DNA of 64,000 nucleotides from an uncultured Gammaproteobacteria bacterium (GTDB taxonomy: Bacteria > Patescibacteriota > Patescibacteriia > Patescibacteriales > UBA12465), in contig CAYPAP010000002.1 in the NCBI GenBank assembly GCA_964408775.1, positions 1,109 to 65,108 on the forward strand, read 5' to 3'. Below are positions 53,331-63,672 of this stretch, in pieces. Below the pieces are notes generated by a model. The model saw nothing but the letters and a program-made list of their open reading frames with translations, did no database searches and was not told the DNA's origin. Each line of letters opens with the position of its first letter. Positions within the stretch are counted from its first letter, which is position 1. The position numbers were made by a program, and so were the translations under genes.

Positions 53331-54433
53331 AAATTTTAGTCTTAATAACTAAAGGAGAAATTGGTGGAGCGCAAGTTTTTGTAGCTAATTTAGCCAAGGG
53401 TTTGAAGAATAATTTAGAGCCAGAAGATCAAGTGGAAATTGCCTGTGGTGAGGGTGGTTTTCTTTTTAATTTTGCCCAGAAAGAAGATATTAAAATCCAT
53501 AAAGTTAAAAGCCTGAAGAGAAGTTCGGGGATTTTTTCTAATATTAAATTTTTCTTTAGTTTTATTGGGCTTATAAAAAGAAATAAGTTTGATGTAGTTC
53601 ATCTTAATAGTTCTAATACTCTTATCGGGGCTATTTCATCTAAAATTGTAAGTAGAAGAATAAAAACAATATTTACAGTTCATGGTTTGTCGATCTTAGA
53701 CCCTAATTACCAAGCTAGTTTTTTTAAGAAATTTGTTTATAAAATGTTTTTTAAATTTTGTTTTATATTTGTTGACAAGGTTGTTTTTGTTAGTCAAAAT
53801 AATTTGGATTTAGCCAAGAGTAAAAAGCTGGTCAAAAAGTCTTATCTAATATATAATGGGGTAGAGCCTAATTATTTAGACAGGAAAGAATCTCGGAATT
53901 TTCTTTTTAATAAAATGGGCATTTTAGATGAGGGGCAATTTTTAATCGGTTCTATTGGAAGATTGGCTTATCCTAAAAATTATGAGTTTTTAATTGAAAA
54001 TTTTTCCGATATTTTGCAGTTTAAGCCTAATGCTAAATTGGTATTAATTGGTGATGGTCCCGAGAAATCTAAATATGAGAAAATTATAGAGAATAAGGGT
54101 TTAAATGACGCTGTCTTTATTTTAGGAGAGATTTCCGATGCAAGTAAATATTTGAAGGGACTGGATTTGTTTGTTTTACCTTCAATTTATGAGGGTTTGT
54201 CTATTTCTTTAATAGAGGCTCTGTTGGCAGAGGTAAAAACAATAGCCAGTAGAGTGGGTGGTAATTCAGAGATTATTGGAGATGATTTTTGTTATAAATT
54301 GAATGATATTAATGATTTTATTGTTGTTTTAAAGATGATTTTGTCTAATGATGATATTTTTGTTGAAAATAAAAAGGAAATATTTATAGCAGAAAATATG
54401 GTTAATAATTATTTTTCTTTATATAGGGATTAA
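53327..54433 (+). CDS. GT4 (GT-B) glycosyltransferase
   Basis: C-terminal LFVLPSIYEGLSISLIEALLAEVKTIASRVGG (E-x7-E motif). Confidence 0.8.
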   Translation: MKILVLITKGEIGGAQVFVANLAKGLKNNLEPEDQVEIACGEGGFLFNFAQKEDIKIHKVKSLKRSSGIFSNIKFFFSFIGLIKRNKFDVVHLNSSNTLIGAISSKIVSRRIKTIFTVHGLSILDPNYQASFFKKFVYKMFFKFCFIFVDKVVFVSQNNLDLAKSKKLVKKSYLIYNGVEPNYLDRKESRNFLFNKMGILDEGQFLIGSIGRLAYPKNYEFLIENFSDILQFKPNAKLVLIGDGPEKSKYEKIIENKGLNDAVFILGEISDASKYLKGLDLFVLPSIYEGLSISLIEALLAEVKTIASRVGGNSEIIGDDFCYKLNDINDFIVVLKMILSNDDIFVENKKEIFIAENMVNNYFSLYRD

Positions 54434-54604
54434 TTTTGATATTATAAAGTGTTTGTTCATGTGTAAAATAAAATAAATTTATAAGTAAAATTATGTTCAT
54501 ATAAAGATGCTAATTACGGATGGTCTGAATTATGTAAGGTGCCTAATTTATTTTGGTTTTTTTGTTCTCTGTTTATATTATTTTTATTAAATAAATTAAA
54601 AAAA

Positions 54605-55391
54605 ATGGAAAAAAATAGTGATTTCACCGGAGAGAGATATGTTCCGGAATTATTTAAAAAACAAGAGAATATTGCTCAAATGCATCAAGAAAGATATAAA
54701 TTTGCAGCTAAATATGTGAGCGGTATGAGTGTTCTAGATGTAGCCTGTGGCGAGGGGTATGGTTCCGACATGCTATCAAGAGAGGCGCGTAATTTGGTTG
54801 GCGTTGATATTGACGAGATAACCATTAATTCGGCTAAAGATAAATATAAGAGAGATAATTTGAAATTTTTAGTAGGAGGGGTTAGTAATATTCCAGTTAA
54901 AAATTTAAGCATAGATGTTGTTGTTTCTTTTGAAACTATCGAGCATGTTAGATTGAAAGAGCAAATTGCATTTTTGGAAGAAGTCTCTAGGATTCTAAGG
55001 AAGGATGGCATTTTTATTGTATCAACTCCCGATAAGGACGTTGGGGGGGGAGGGGCATAATGAGTTTCATCTACGAGAGTTTAATAAACCAATGTTCTTA
55101 AAAATATTAAAGAAATATTTTAATTCGGTAGAATTATACGGGCAAGATGTTAAATGTTATGGTAATAAATATTTTCTTTTCTTAGCCAGAATTTTGCATA
55201 AAATGGTTAAATTGGATAGATTTAAAATTAGGCATAAAATATTACCAAAAAAGATAAGGTTTAGTATAGACAAGAAAACTTCTAAGGGGGCCGTTAATAA
55301 AGATGTTTTTAAGGAGGAAATATTTGTTCCAACAAAATTAAATAAAAAAGAGACGGCCAGTTTTCTTGTGGCAGTTTGTAGAAATAAATAA
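54605..55391 (+). pseudogene. Class I SAM-dependent methyltransferase interrupted by a frameshift in a G8 tract
   Basis: The frame from ATG 54605 carries motif I VLDVACGEGYG and stops at 55058-60 just after the G8 run (55043-55050). The next frame continues with GHNEFHLREF.... Removing one G joins them as ...STPDKDVGGEGHNEFHLREF.... Confidence 0.7.
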
Positions 55392-55392
55392 T

Positions 55393-56220
55393 ATGAAATA
55401 CGACTTGGTTGTGGCCTATAGGGTTTACCCCGGAATAGCAAAAATTCCACCGGTTTACCCAACTGATAAATTAAAATTAACAGAGATTTGTTTCAAGTCT
55501 TTTGTTTCGGCTGTTGTCGGTATAAGAACGAAAATCTATGTTTTATTGGATGGATGCCCAGATGAATACGAAAAAGTTTTTTTGGATAATTTTGATAATA
55601 ATGATTTAGTTATTATAAAGCTTGATAAAGCTGGCAATAAGGCTACATTTAAAAAGCAAATAGAGATATTGTCTTGCCAAAATGATTCAGATATAGTTTA
55701 TTTTGCAGAAGATGATTATTTTTATATAAAAAATATAAAAAACATAGTAGAGTTACTTAAAAATAATAAAGCTGATTTTGCCACTCCATACGAGCATCCA
55801 TCTAGTTATTCAGATGATAACGTGGTTCGCAATAGAATTATAATTTATAATAATCAAAGGTATATCAGTGTTCAGCACGCATGCTTAACTTTTATGACTA
55901 CCAAGAGGAATCTTCTAAACAGTAAAAAATTTTTATTAATATTTTCAAATTGGTTTGGATCTGATTTTGTTGTTTGGGGGTGCATGACCTTGGGTTGGGG
56001 TTATTTTAAATATTTTAAATTATTTTTTAATTATAAAAATTATAATTTATCTAACTTGAAAGTTTTTGGAAGTTTGTTTATTTTTTCTTGGTATAATTTT
56101 ATTTTAAATAGAAAAAAAAGATTATTTATGCCCGTAGAAACATTTGCTACTCATATGGAGAGCAATTTTCTATCCCCCGGAATTGACTGGGGTAAATATT
56201 TTCATGATGAAAAAAGATAA
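55393..56220 (+). CDS. Putative GT-A fold glycosyltransferase-like protein
   Basis: Start moved to ATG 55393, 2 nt after the upstream stop. A DxD-like YFAEDDYFY is present and the gene sits in the glycan cluster. The assignment is weak. Confidence 0.4.
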   Translation: MKYDLVVAYRVYPGIAKIPPVYPTDKLKLTEICFKSFVSAVVGIRTKIYVLLDGCPDEYEKVFLDNFDNNDLVIIKLDKAGNKATFKKQIEILSCQNDSDIVYFAEDDYFYIKNIKNIVELLKNNKADFATPYEHPSSYSDDNVVRNRIIIYNNQRYISVQHACLTFMTTKRNLLNSKKFLLIFSNWFGSDFVVWGCMTLGWGYFKYFKLFFNYKNYNLSNLKVFGSLFIFSWYNFILNRKKRLFMPVETFATHMESNFLSPGIDWGKYFHDEKR

Positions 56221-57238
56221 AAACAATAATACGGTGAAAATAAGTTTTGTTATACCTGTTTTTAATTCTCAAGGTTATTTAAGAAAATGCGTTGATTCTA
56301 TTTTGATTCAAGGAGGGAGAGAGATTGAAATAATATTAATTAATGATGGCTCCACTGATAACAGTGGTAAAATTTGTGATGAATATTGTAGTAAATTTAA
56401 TTTTATTAAAGTTGTTCACAAGGAAAATGAAGGTGTGGCAATAGCTAGAAATATAGGAATTGAAAAGTCTGTTGGTAATTATGTCTTTTTTGTTGATAAT
56501 GATGATTGGGTTGCGGAGGGATCAGTTAGGAGTATTATTAGCATAATCAATAAAAAAGAAGTTGATTTAATAATAAATAAGTATTATATAGTCAATAAGG
56601 AGAAAATAGGCTTGGGTAATTTTTTAATAAATAAGAAAAAGATTAATAATCAAGAAGTTGACAGGGTCTTGGGTTATTTTAGAAAAAATAGAATAAATAT
56701 AATGGCTCCGTGGAAATATGTCGTTAGGAGAGATATCATTGTTAGAAATAATATTTTTTTTAATTCTTCTCAAAATGGGGTGGACGATTCTGTTTTTTCT
56801 TCTATCCTTTTTTGTCATTGCAGGTCTTTTTATTTGAATGATTATCCGACTTATTACTGGAGACAAATAACTTCTTCCCAGGGGAGAAATCATGACAAAA
56901 ATAATTTTATGAAAAAGATTTTCTCAACCTTTTATAGTTTTTCGGAATTTTTAGAAAAGAGTAGTGATGAAAACAAAAAAAGATATATTTATTTTTGTAT
57001 TTATAAAAATATTTTTTCATTGTTTCAGTTTTATAAGTATTACTCCCAATCAGAAAAGAATGAGATAAGATTTTTTTTAATTAAAAATAAAAAAATAATT
57101 AGAAAATCTTCTAGAAACTCTGGCCCTGTTCATTTCCTGTTATTTAATCTATTAGGGTCTTTTTATGGTATGCTTCTTGGTTACAATTTTGCTAAAATTA
57201 AGGGCATATTTCACAGATTTATATTTAAGCTCAAATAG
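56204..57238 (+). CDS. Family-2 glycosyltransferase
   Basis: ISFVIPVFNSQGYLRKCVDSIL.Q....EIILINDGSTDNSGKICDEY...ARNIGIEKSVGNYVFFVDNDD. The start at ATG 56204 overlaps the previous gene by 17 nt. Confidence 0.8.
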   Translation: MMKKDKNNNTVKISFVIPVFNSQGYLRKCVDSILIQGGREIEIILINDGSTDNSGKICDEYCSKFNFIKVVHKENEGVAIARNIGIEKSVGNYVFFVDNDDWVAEGSVRSIISIINKKEVDLIINKYYIVNKEKIGLGNFLINKKKINNQEVDRVLGYFRKNRINIMAPWKYVVRRDIIVRNNIFFNSSQNGVDDSVFSSILFCHCRSFYLNDYPTYYWRQITSSQGRNHDKNNFMKKIFSTFYSFSEFLEKSSDENKKRYIYFCIYKNIFSLFQFYKYYSQSEKNEIRFFLIKNKKIIRKSSRNSGPVHFLLFNLLGSFYGMLLGYNFAKIKGIFHRFIFKLK

Positions 57239-57239
57239 C

Positions 57240-58181
57240 ATGAAAATAATAAATGAATTGAGGAACAACTCCGATAAATTTAATAAAATAGTTATTTGGG
57301 GCCTTAAAAATAAGTGGCACACTCATCGTTTTATTTTTCAGGCTTATTATAAAACATTAAAAAGAGCTGGGGTTGATGTAGCTTGGGTTGAAGATGAAAA
57401 AAAAAGTGCTAATATTATAGAAAAAAATGATTTAATTATTTCCGCTAGTGGTATGCACGGGAAAATGGTTCCAGAGAAAAAAACATTAGAGGATTATAAT
57501 ATTCCTATCCGTGACGATGTTTTTTATTGTCTTCATGCTGAAAATGATTTTTTTATAGAAAAGCTAGATAAAACAAGGATATTAAATTTATATTATTTTT
57601 CAAATGAGGCTGAAAAATACGAAAAGATAAATGATGTTGTTTATATTGATAGGAAAAGTAGATCTCTATACCAGCCGTGGGGCACTGATTTGTTGCCGGA
57701 TGATTTTCTAAAGCCAGTTTTTAGAAGGAATAAATTTGTTTTTTGGATTGGAAGTATTTGGAATGATAAAAATAATCACGGTAATAAAAATGAAGTAAAT
57801 AGATTTATTAATATTTGTAAAAAAAATAAATTGAGGTTTATTCATATCAGATTTGTTCCTAATTTTGTTAATAGATTTTTAATAAGACTTTCTAGGATAG
57901 CACCAGCTATTGGAGGAGGAAGGCAGGTGGATATAAATTATTTACCATGTAGGATGTTTAAAAATATATCCTATGGTCAATTAGGTTTTTCGAATGTGGC
58001 AAAGTTTAATGAAGTATTCAAAGATTGCAGTGTGTATGATAAGGATATGGATAAAATGGTGGAAAAAATATTGAGCTTGAAAAAGGACGACTATATAAAT
58101 ATTATTAAAAAACAACAAGATACTTGCAAGAATTATACTATTGCCAATAATCTAAATAATATTTTTAAATATATAAAATAA
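57240..58181 (+). CDS. Hypothetical protein of the glycan locus
   Basis: Start moved to ATG 57240, 2 nt after the upstream stop. No motif recognised. Confidence 0.45.
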   Translation: MKIINELRNNSDKFNKIVIWGLKNKWHTHRFIFQAYYKTLKRAGVDVAWVEDEKKSANIIEKNDLIISASGMHGKMVPEKKTLEDYNIPIRDDVFYCLHAENDFFIEKLDKTRILNLYYFSNEAEKYEKINDVVYIDRKSRSLYQPWGTDLLPDDFLKPVFRRNKFVFWIGSIWNDKNNHGNKNEVNRFINICKKNKLRFIHIRFVPNFVNRFLIRLSRIAPAIGGGRQVDINYLPCRMFKNISYGQLGFSNVAKFNEVFKDCSVYDKDMDKMVEKILSLKKDDYINIIKKQQDTCKNYTIANNLNNIFKYIK

Positions 58182-58185
58182 TTTT

Positions 58186-59091
58186 ATGTCAGAAAAGATC
58201 AATATAGCTCTTTGCATGAACTCTAAGTATGTTTTTCCGTCTTTAGTTTGTATGATTTCTGTTTTGAAAAATAACCCTAATCCTATAGTATTCTTTATAT
58301 TATATTCTGATTTATCAGAAAAAGAAATTAGTTTAATGAGTGATGCTATAAAAAAATATAACCCATCATCGATTTTAAGGCCAGTTAAAATTGATGGAGA
58401 TGTTTTTAAAAAAGGTCCAATCAATGGAAGGGCTAAAGAAGCTTATTATAGGCTTCTGATTCCGTGGTTTTTGCCAGACGATGTTAGCAGATGTCTATAC
58501 CTTGATAGCGATATTATAGTTAATAAATCACTACTTCCTTATTATAATCTGAGCTTTAACGGTAAAGCCTTAGTTGCCTCCGAGGATATTGGTGAAATTA
58601 TTTTTTTTCACAAAAAGCAACATTCTTCTTTGGATATTCCTTCAGAATTTAGATATTTTAATAGTGGAGTATTGCTTTTTGACTTAGATTTTATTAGAAA
58701 AAACATTGATTTAAAAGATATTTTTTCTTATATAGAAAAAAAACATCAGCACTTAAAGTTTTTAGACCAGGATGTGCTGAATGGAATCTTTTATGATAAA
58801 GTGAGGTTAATTTCTGGTAGCAAATATAATTATCCCGAAGTTTTAATTAATCCCATTGTATCAAATGATGGAATTAGGGATGCTGTTTTTATTCATTTTT
58901 TTCAAAAACCGTGGAAGTATAATTACAGAGGAGTAAATCATGGAATATGGTGGAAATATGGTCGAGATATTTTTAGAAAAAAATATTATTTTTTTTGTGT
59001 TAACAATTTTTTTTATAGAAAAACACTAGGCTTGATATTATTATTCATCCCTATCAGTTTATTAAAAAAAATTGGGAATTTATTTAAATAA
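58186..59091 (+). CDS. Family-8 glycosyltransferase
   Basis: INIALCMNSKY, LYLDSDIIV (DxD), FNSGVLLFDL, LDQDVLN and HFFQKPWK are GT8 blocks. Confidence 0.8.
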   Translation: MSEKINIALCMNSKYVFPSLVCMISVLKNNPNPIVFFILYSDLSEKEISLMSDAIKKYNPSSILRPVKIDGDVFKKGPINGRAKEAYYRLLIPWFLPDDVSRCLYLDSDIIVNKSLLPYYNLSFNGKALVASEDIGEIIFFHKKQHSSLDIPSEFRYFNSGVLLFDLDFIRKNIDLKDIFSYIEKKHQHLKFLDQDVLNGIFYDKVRLISGSKYNYPEVLINPIVSNDGIRDAVFIHFFQKPWKYNYRGVNHGIWWKYGRDIFRKKYYFFCVNNFFYRKTLGLILLFIPISLLKKIGNLFK

Positions 59092-59096
59092 TTACT

Positions 59097-59855
59097 ATGC
59101 CTAAAATTAGTGTTTTAATGATAACTTATAACCGGGAGCTTTTTTTAAAGAAGGCTATCGACAGTGTTTTGCTTCAAAAATTAAAAGATTTAGAGATAGT
59201 TCTGGTTGACGATGGTTCTGCTGATAACACTAAAGTTGTTGTCGATAACTATATTAGTGTCGGAGCTCCTATTAAATATGTAAAAAATAAAGTAAACAGG
59301 GGGATCGTTGAGAGTAGAAATTTAGCACTATCTTTATGCTCTGGTGAGTATATTGCCGTTTTAGACAGTGATGATATTTGGATCGATAATAATAAATTAA
59401 ATAAGCAGCTCGATTTTCTTGAAAAAAATAAGCAGTATGGTGTTTGCGGTTCTATGGCAAAAGTAATAGATAACTTTGACAGGATCTCTGGTGATATTGC
59501 TTTAAAATCATCCGATAGTGCCATCAGAAGAAGAATCTTATTATCAAATCAATTTATTAATTCGTCCGTCTTGATGAGGAGAGATTTGTTAGATAAAATT
59601 GGTTTCTATAAAAATTATTTAGTTGGTGAAGACTATGACTTGTTTTTAAGAATTGGTCTTGTTGGAAAATTTTTTAATTTTTCAGATAAGATGATAGCTT
59701 ATCGAAAACATTCCGGTAGCATAACTAAAGAAAAAAGATTTGTAGCGTCTAAAGAACATTTAAAAATTGTAAAAAAATATAAAGGGAAGTACCCTCTATA
59801 TTTTATTGCTGTCGTAAAATCTTATTTAAGAATTATTTTCTCTTTTATTTTATAA
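59097..59855 (+). CDS. Family-2 glycosyltransferase
   Basis: ISVLMITYNRELFLKKAIDSVLLQ...EIVLVDDGSADNT...SRNLALSLCSGEYIAVLDSDD. Confidence 0.85.
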   Translation: MPKISVLMITYNRELFLKKAIDSVLLQKLKDLEIVLVDDGSADNTKVVVDNYISVGAPIKYVKNKVNRGIVESRNLALSLCSGEYIAVLDSDDIWIDNNKLNKQLDFLEKNKQYGVCGSMAKVIDNFDRISGDIALKSSDSAIRRRILLSNQFINSSVLMRRDLLDKIGFYKNYLVGEDYDLFLRIGLVGKFFNFSDKMIAYRKHSGSITKEKRFVASKEHLKIVKKYKGKYPLYFIAVVKSYLRIIFSFIL

Positions 59856-59860
59856 TTCCA

Positions 59861-61237
59861 CTACCTTCCCTCTCTCCCTAATGCCGTCCTAATAGTCTTT
59901 AATATTATACTCAAATCCAAATACATCGACCTATTCTTAATATAAAACAAATCATACTGAAGCTTCTTGTAAGTATCCTCAATCGACGGTGAATGATATT
60001 CACCCGATATCTGATCCCAGCCGGTTATCCCCGGCTTTATTAAATTCCTGACCCCATAAAAGGGAATAGCGTTATTCAACTCCTTTATCAAGCTCGGTCG
60101 CTCCGGTCTAGGCCCCACAAAGCTCATATCACCCTTTAGAACATTAAATAGCTGTGGTAACTCATCTAAACGAGTTTGACGCAAAAATCGCCCCACCTTA
60201 GTAACCCTATTATCATTTTTAGCTGTAGGAGATTGGTCATTATTACTCGTCCTCATAGAACGGAACTTGTAGAACTGAAATTTCTTACCATTTTTCCCAA
60301 CTCTAGTTTGCTTGAAAATAGCCGGACCACGACTATCAATCTTTATCAATAGAATTACCAAGGGCCAGAAGGGAAGTGATATTATCAAAAGAATAATAGA
60401 AAACATAAGATCACTAAGACGCTTAATCCTCTCATAATTTCTCCTAGTAGCTAAATTCAAATTCTCCAAAAACCATCCCTTATTCAATATTTCCAAAGGT
60501 ACCTGTCCGCTAATTTCCTCATAAAACTTGGTCAGATTATAGTAATTAATTCCTGTCGGTAAAAGATTAAACAAAGTCTTTTGCAATTCCTTCATTTCAT
60601 TAATATTTTTCTCAGGTATTAAAATATTAATTTTATGCTCCTTAATCGCCCGGGATAGCTGATTTACGTCGTCTATTAACTTAACCCCGTAATGCTCGGC
60701 AATATCTATTAGAACATTGTTTTTGGGGCTAAGAATGAACTTAACATCATAACCCAGCTGAGGATTACCCTTTATCAATTTAATAGTTTTGCGAATAATC
60801 TCATTATAGCCAATAATAGCTACATTGGTGGTGGGGAGATATTTCTTATTAATCAAAGAAAACCCTAAACGCCATAATAAAAAGAAGACATAGAAAACAG
60901 TAGAGAATATTATTAAATTAGTTTTAGGGCTGATTTCTGACTTGGGAATAAGATAAAAAAAGATAATAGTTATCAAAAAAGACAAAATTACGCTTTGGGT
61001 GCTATGTTCTATTAATTTCCCCTGATTAACAAATTTGCGGAAGTCATATAGATTGTTGATATATATTATTAGTAACCACAAAGCAAAAACTGGCCAGAAA
61101 AAGCGGAAATGATCGCTCCACAGCTGGGGACTGGGCGTTTCCAGATATCTAATTGTTAGGGCTAGGTATAAAGATAAAAACAGCAGACCACAGTCTACTA
61201 ATAATAGGAAAAATTGCTTTATTTTGGCATTATTCAT
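59861..61237 (-). CDS. Polyprenyl-phosphate sugar-phosphotransferase (bacterial sugar transferase, WbaP-like initiating enzyme)
   Basis: The C-terminal catalytic domain has KRLSDLMFSIILLII...QTRVGKNGKKFQFYKFRSM...RLDELPQLFNVLKGDMSFVGPRPE. Confidence 0.85.
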   Translation of the reverse strand: MNNAKIKQFFLLLVDCGLLFLSLYLALTIRYLETPSPQLWSDHFRFFWPVFALWLLIIYINNLYDFRKFVNQGKLIEHSTQSVILSFLITIIFFYLIPKSEISPKTNLIIFSTVFYVFFLLWRLGFSLINKKYLPTTNVAIIGYNEIIRKTIKLIKGNPQLGYDVKFILSPKNNVLIDIAEHYGVKLIDDVNQLSRAIKEHKINILIPEKNINEMKELQKTLFNLLPTGINYYNLTKFYEEISGQVPLEILNKGWFLENLNLATRRNYERIKRLSDLMFSIILLIISLPFWPLVILLIKIDSRGPAIFKQTRVGKNGKKFQFYKFRSMRTSNNDQSPTAKNDNRVTKVGRFLRQTRLDELPQLFNVLKGDMSFVGPRPERPSLIKELNNAIPFYGVRNLIKPGITGWDQISGEYHSPSIEDTYKKLQYDLFYIKNRSMYLDLSIILKTIRTALGREGR

Positions 61238-61393
61238 CTCTTTTATTTTATTTTATTATTTCTACTATTATTATATCAATTAATTAATAAAAATCAAATA
61301 CTTTTTATTTAGCCCCTTCCCAAGCTTTTATTTACTTTTTTTAGTTTATTTGTTAAAATTTAGGTATAAGAAACTAATAAATAAATTTAAACT

Positions 61394-63655
61394 ATGTCAG
61401 AGAAAAATTACCTGTCCGTCTTGAAAGGCGGGGTTTTTGCTTCTTTTGTTATTCTATTTTTTGTTTTCGGGTCATTGCTTTTCCCTTATATTTCCTCTAA
61501 GCAATTACCCTTTAATATCTTAATAGAGGTCCTCTTTTTGTTCTGGGTATTTTTTGTCATTAAATATCCTAAATATTTACCCAAAAAATCTTATTTAACT
61601 GGCGGTTTGCTGATTTATTTTTTTACTATTTTAATGTCCTTGGCGGTTAGTACTGACTATAATTTAACTTTTTGGGGGGATGTCGAGCGAATGCTGGGAC
61701 TTTTTCATTTACTCCATTTTCTATTGTTTTATTTCATAATTATTACCGCTTTTCGCAGCAAAAAAGACTATTTCTATCTCTTGAACGCTGTTATTATTTC
61801 TTCAGTTTTAGTGTCTTTAAATGCCATTATAGAGAACAATGCCGATAGTACTATTGGCAATAGGGCTTATGTTGCCGCTATGATGCTGTTTTCTTTATTC
61901 CTGCAAGCCCTTTTCCTAATTCGCTCTAAAGAATGGTGGTCAAAAATTTTATACGCAGCTGGTATAATTGTTGCCTTTATTGGTTTTGTTAAGGCGGATA
62001 TTTCCGGATCACACGTAGGCCTAGTGGCGGGAATCTTTGTCGTTTTCGCTGTCTTAACTATTATATCTAATAATAAAAATCTTAAGAGAATTAGTTTGGT
62101 GTCTCTCTTGGCCTTTGTGGTTTTAGTGGTAGGTCTATTTTCCTTTCGTTCTAATTCAGTCTTTGACGGCACCTACATGGGCAAGGCCTTGCGAGATTTT
62201 TCCGTTGAAAATGTTACCTTAAATACTAGATTAATTTCCTATAAGTCAGCTGGAAAATATTTAGTTGATCATCCTGTTTCTCTGGTCTTTGGTGTTGGAC
62301 ACGGAAATTATGCCTTAATTTTTGATAAATATTTTGATCCTAAGTTTTACGACTATGACAGATCGGCTACTTATTTTGACAGAGCTCACAACAATATTAT
62401 TGATATTTTAACTACGACTGGAATAATTGGTCTACTAGCTTATTTGTCAATTTTTGTTTTTGCTGTAATTTACCTAATTCGAGCCTATAGGCGAAGTTTT
62501 TCTGAGAATAAATCACGTTCTATTGATAAATTTGAATTAGCTATAATTCTGGGTCTTTTAGTAGCCTATTTTGTGCAAAATTTGGCTGTTTTTGACTCTT
62601 TTTCTACTTATTTGTATCTTATAGCGTTACTAGCTTTTATTAATTTTGTTGGAGTAAAAAGTTTTTTTCGAGAAGACAGGGACTATAAGACACCTTCGAT
62701 AATTAAGAATTTTTTCATTCCATTTTCAATTATTATTTTGTTCTTTTCCTTTAATAATAATATAAACTCACTTGCCATGTTACAGAAGACAATTGAGGCC
62801 TATAAAATATCTAACTCTGAGGGGATAATAACTGGAACTGGCGTCTTCGAAGAGGTTTTTGAATATAATACCGGATTAGAGAGAGACTCTAGGGAGTCAT
62901 TTATTAACCTATTTTTAGCTTCTACAGATCAGGTTCTAAATTCTAGCGATCGTCAAGGGGCCGAAAAGACTATTGCCTTGGTTGTAAAATCAGCTGAAAA
63001 AAATGTCAATTATAATATTTATGACAGCTTATCATTATTTCGCTTAGCTCGTGTTTATGACACAGCTGGTAAATTTTATGCTCGAAATGGTAATCAGGAA
63101 AAGGCCTCAGAGTTGGCTAGCTTAGCACTAGATACTTTAGACAGGGCCATAGAAAGCAGTCCAGGAAGAGTTCCACTATATCTAACCAAAGCTAATTTAT
63201 TATTAAATTTTGATGATAAGGAGGGGGCCATCGCTAGCATTGAATATGCTAAAAGTTTAAATTCCAATATGCCGGAAACTTATTGTCAATTAGCTCATTT
63301 TAATTTTGTCATTGAGGACGATGAAGGATTTATGGAAAATTTCCAAGTTTGTGCCGAAAGGGGTGGCTTCTCTTTGGTCAATTGGAAAGATTTCTTGGGC
63401 TCAGTAGAAAGTCGTTATTATAATGATGGTAAATTGGATTTATTAGCAAATTTTTATGAAATAGTTTTGTCGGCTGGAATAGCTGATGTTGAGCTTCTTT
63501 CTAAATTAGCTCTTCTGTACTATGAGATGGGTGATTTTTCTAGTTCTAAGGAAACAGCTTTGAAAATTTTAGAAATAGATGAATCTTATCGGGCTGAAGT
63601 AGAAGATTTTTTAGAACGATTAGAGCTCGAGACTAATAATTTAAAGCAAGAATAA
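61394..63655 (+). CDS. O-antigen ligase/polymerase family (Wzy_C) membrane protein with a C-terminal TPR-like domain
   Basis: About 12 TM segments with GVGHGNYALIF...RAHNNIIDILTTTGIIGLLAY (Wzy_C core), followed by about 280 aa of helical repeats. Confidence 0.7.
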   Translation: MSEKNYLSVLKGGVFASFVILFFVFGSLLFPYISSKQLPFNILIEVLFLFWVFFVIKYPKYLPKKSYLTGGLLIYFFTILMSLAVSTDYNLTFWGDVERMLGLFHLLHFLLFYFIIITAFRSKKDYFYLLNAVIISSVLVSLNAIIENNADSTIGNRAYVAAMMLFSLFLQALFLIRSKEWWSKILYAAGIIVAFIGFVKADISGSHVGLVAGIFVVFAVLTIISNNKNLKRISLVSLLAFVVLVVGLFSFRSNSVFDGTYMGKALRDFSVENVTLNTRLISYKSAGKYLVDHPVSLVFGVGHGNYALIFDKYFDPKFYDYDRSATYFDRAHNNIIDILTTTGIIGLLAYLSIFVFAVIYLIRAYRRSFSENKSRSIDKFELAIILGLLVAYFVQNLAVFDSFSTYLYLIALLAFINFVGVKSFFREDRDYKTPSIIKNFFIPFSIIILFFSFNNNINSLAMLQKTIEAYKISNSEGIITGTGVFEEVFEYNTGLERDSRESFINLFLASTDQVLNSSDRQGAEKTIALVVKSAEKNVNYNIYDSLSLFRLARVYDTAGKFYARNGNQEKASELASLALDTLDRAIESSPGRVPLYLTKANLLLNFDDKEGAIASIEYAKSLNSNMPETYCQLAHFNFVIEDDEGFMENFQVCAERGGFSLVNWKDFLGSVESRYYNDGKLDLLANFYEIVLSAGIADVELLSKLALLYYEMGDFSSSKETALKILEIDESYRAEVEDFLERLELETNNLKQE

Positions 63656-63672
63656 CTTAGCAATAAAGATTT

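Noticed and set aside
54539-54604. Hydrophobic N-terminal extension (MPNLFWFFCSLFILFLLNKLKK) of the methyltransferase ORF
   Set aside because: It is translated from T-rich intergenic DNA. Soluble class I methyltransferases of this type start close to the MEKNSDFTGERYVPE-like sequence at ATG 54605.
765-62172. Numerous 60-136-aa antisense or out-of-frame ORFs nested in longer genes (for example 765..1067-, 1378..1617-, 9657..9911-, 11953..12318-, 22253..22549-, 36075..36485-, 39189..39577+, 43095..43370-, 54685..55011-, 61867..62172-)
   Set aside because: Each lies entirely within, or antisense to, a longer ORF with recognisable motifs. Their translations are low-complexity (Ser/Leu/Ile/Lys/Phe rich) and show no motifs. 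These are expected shadow ORFs.
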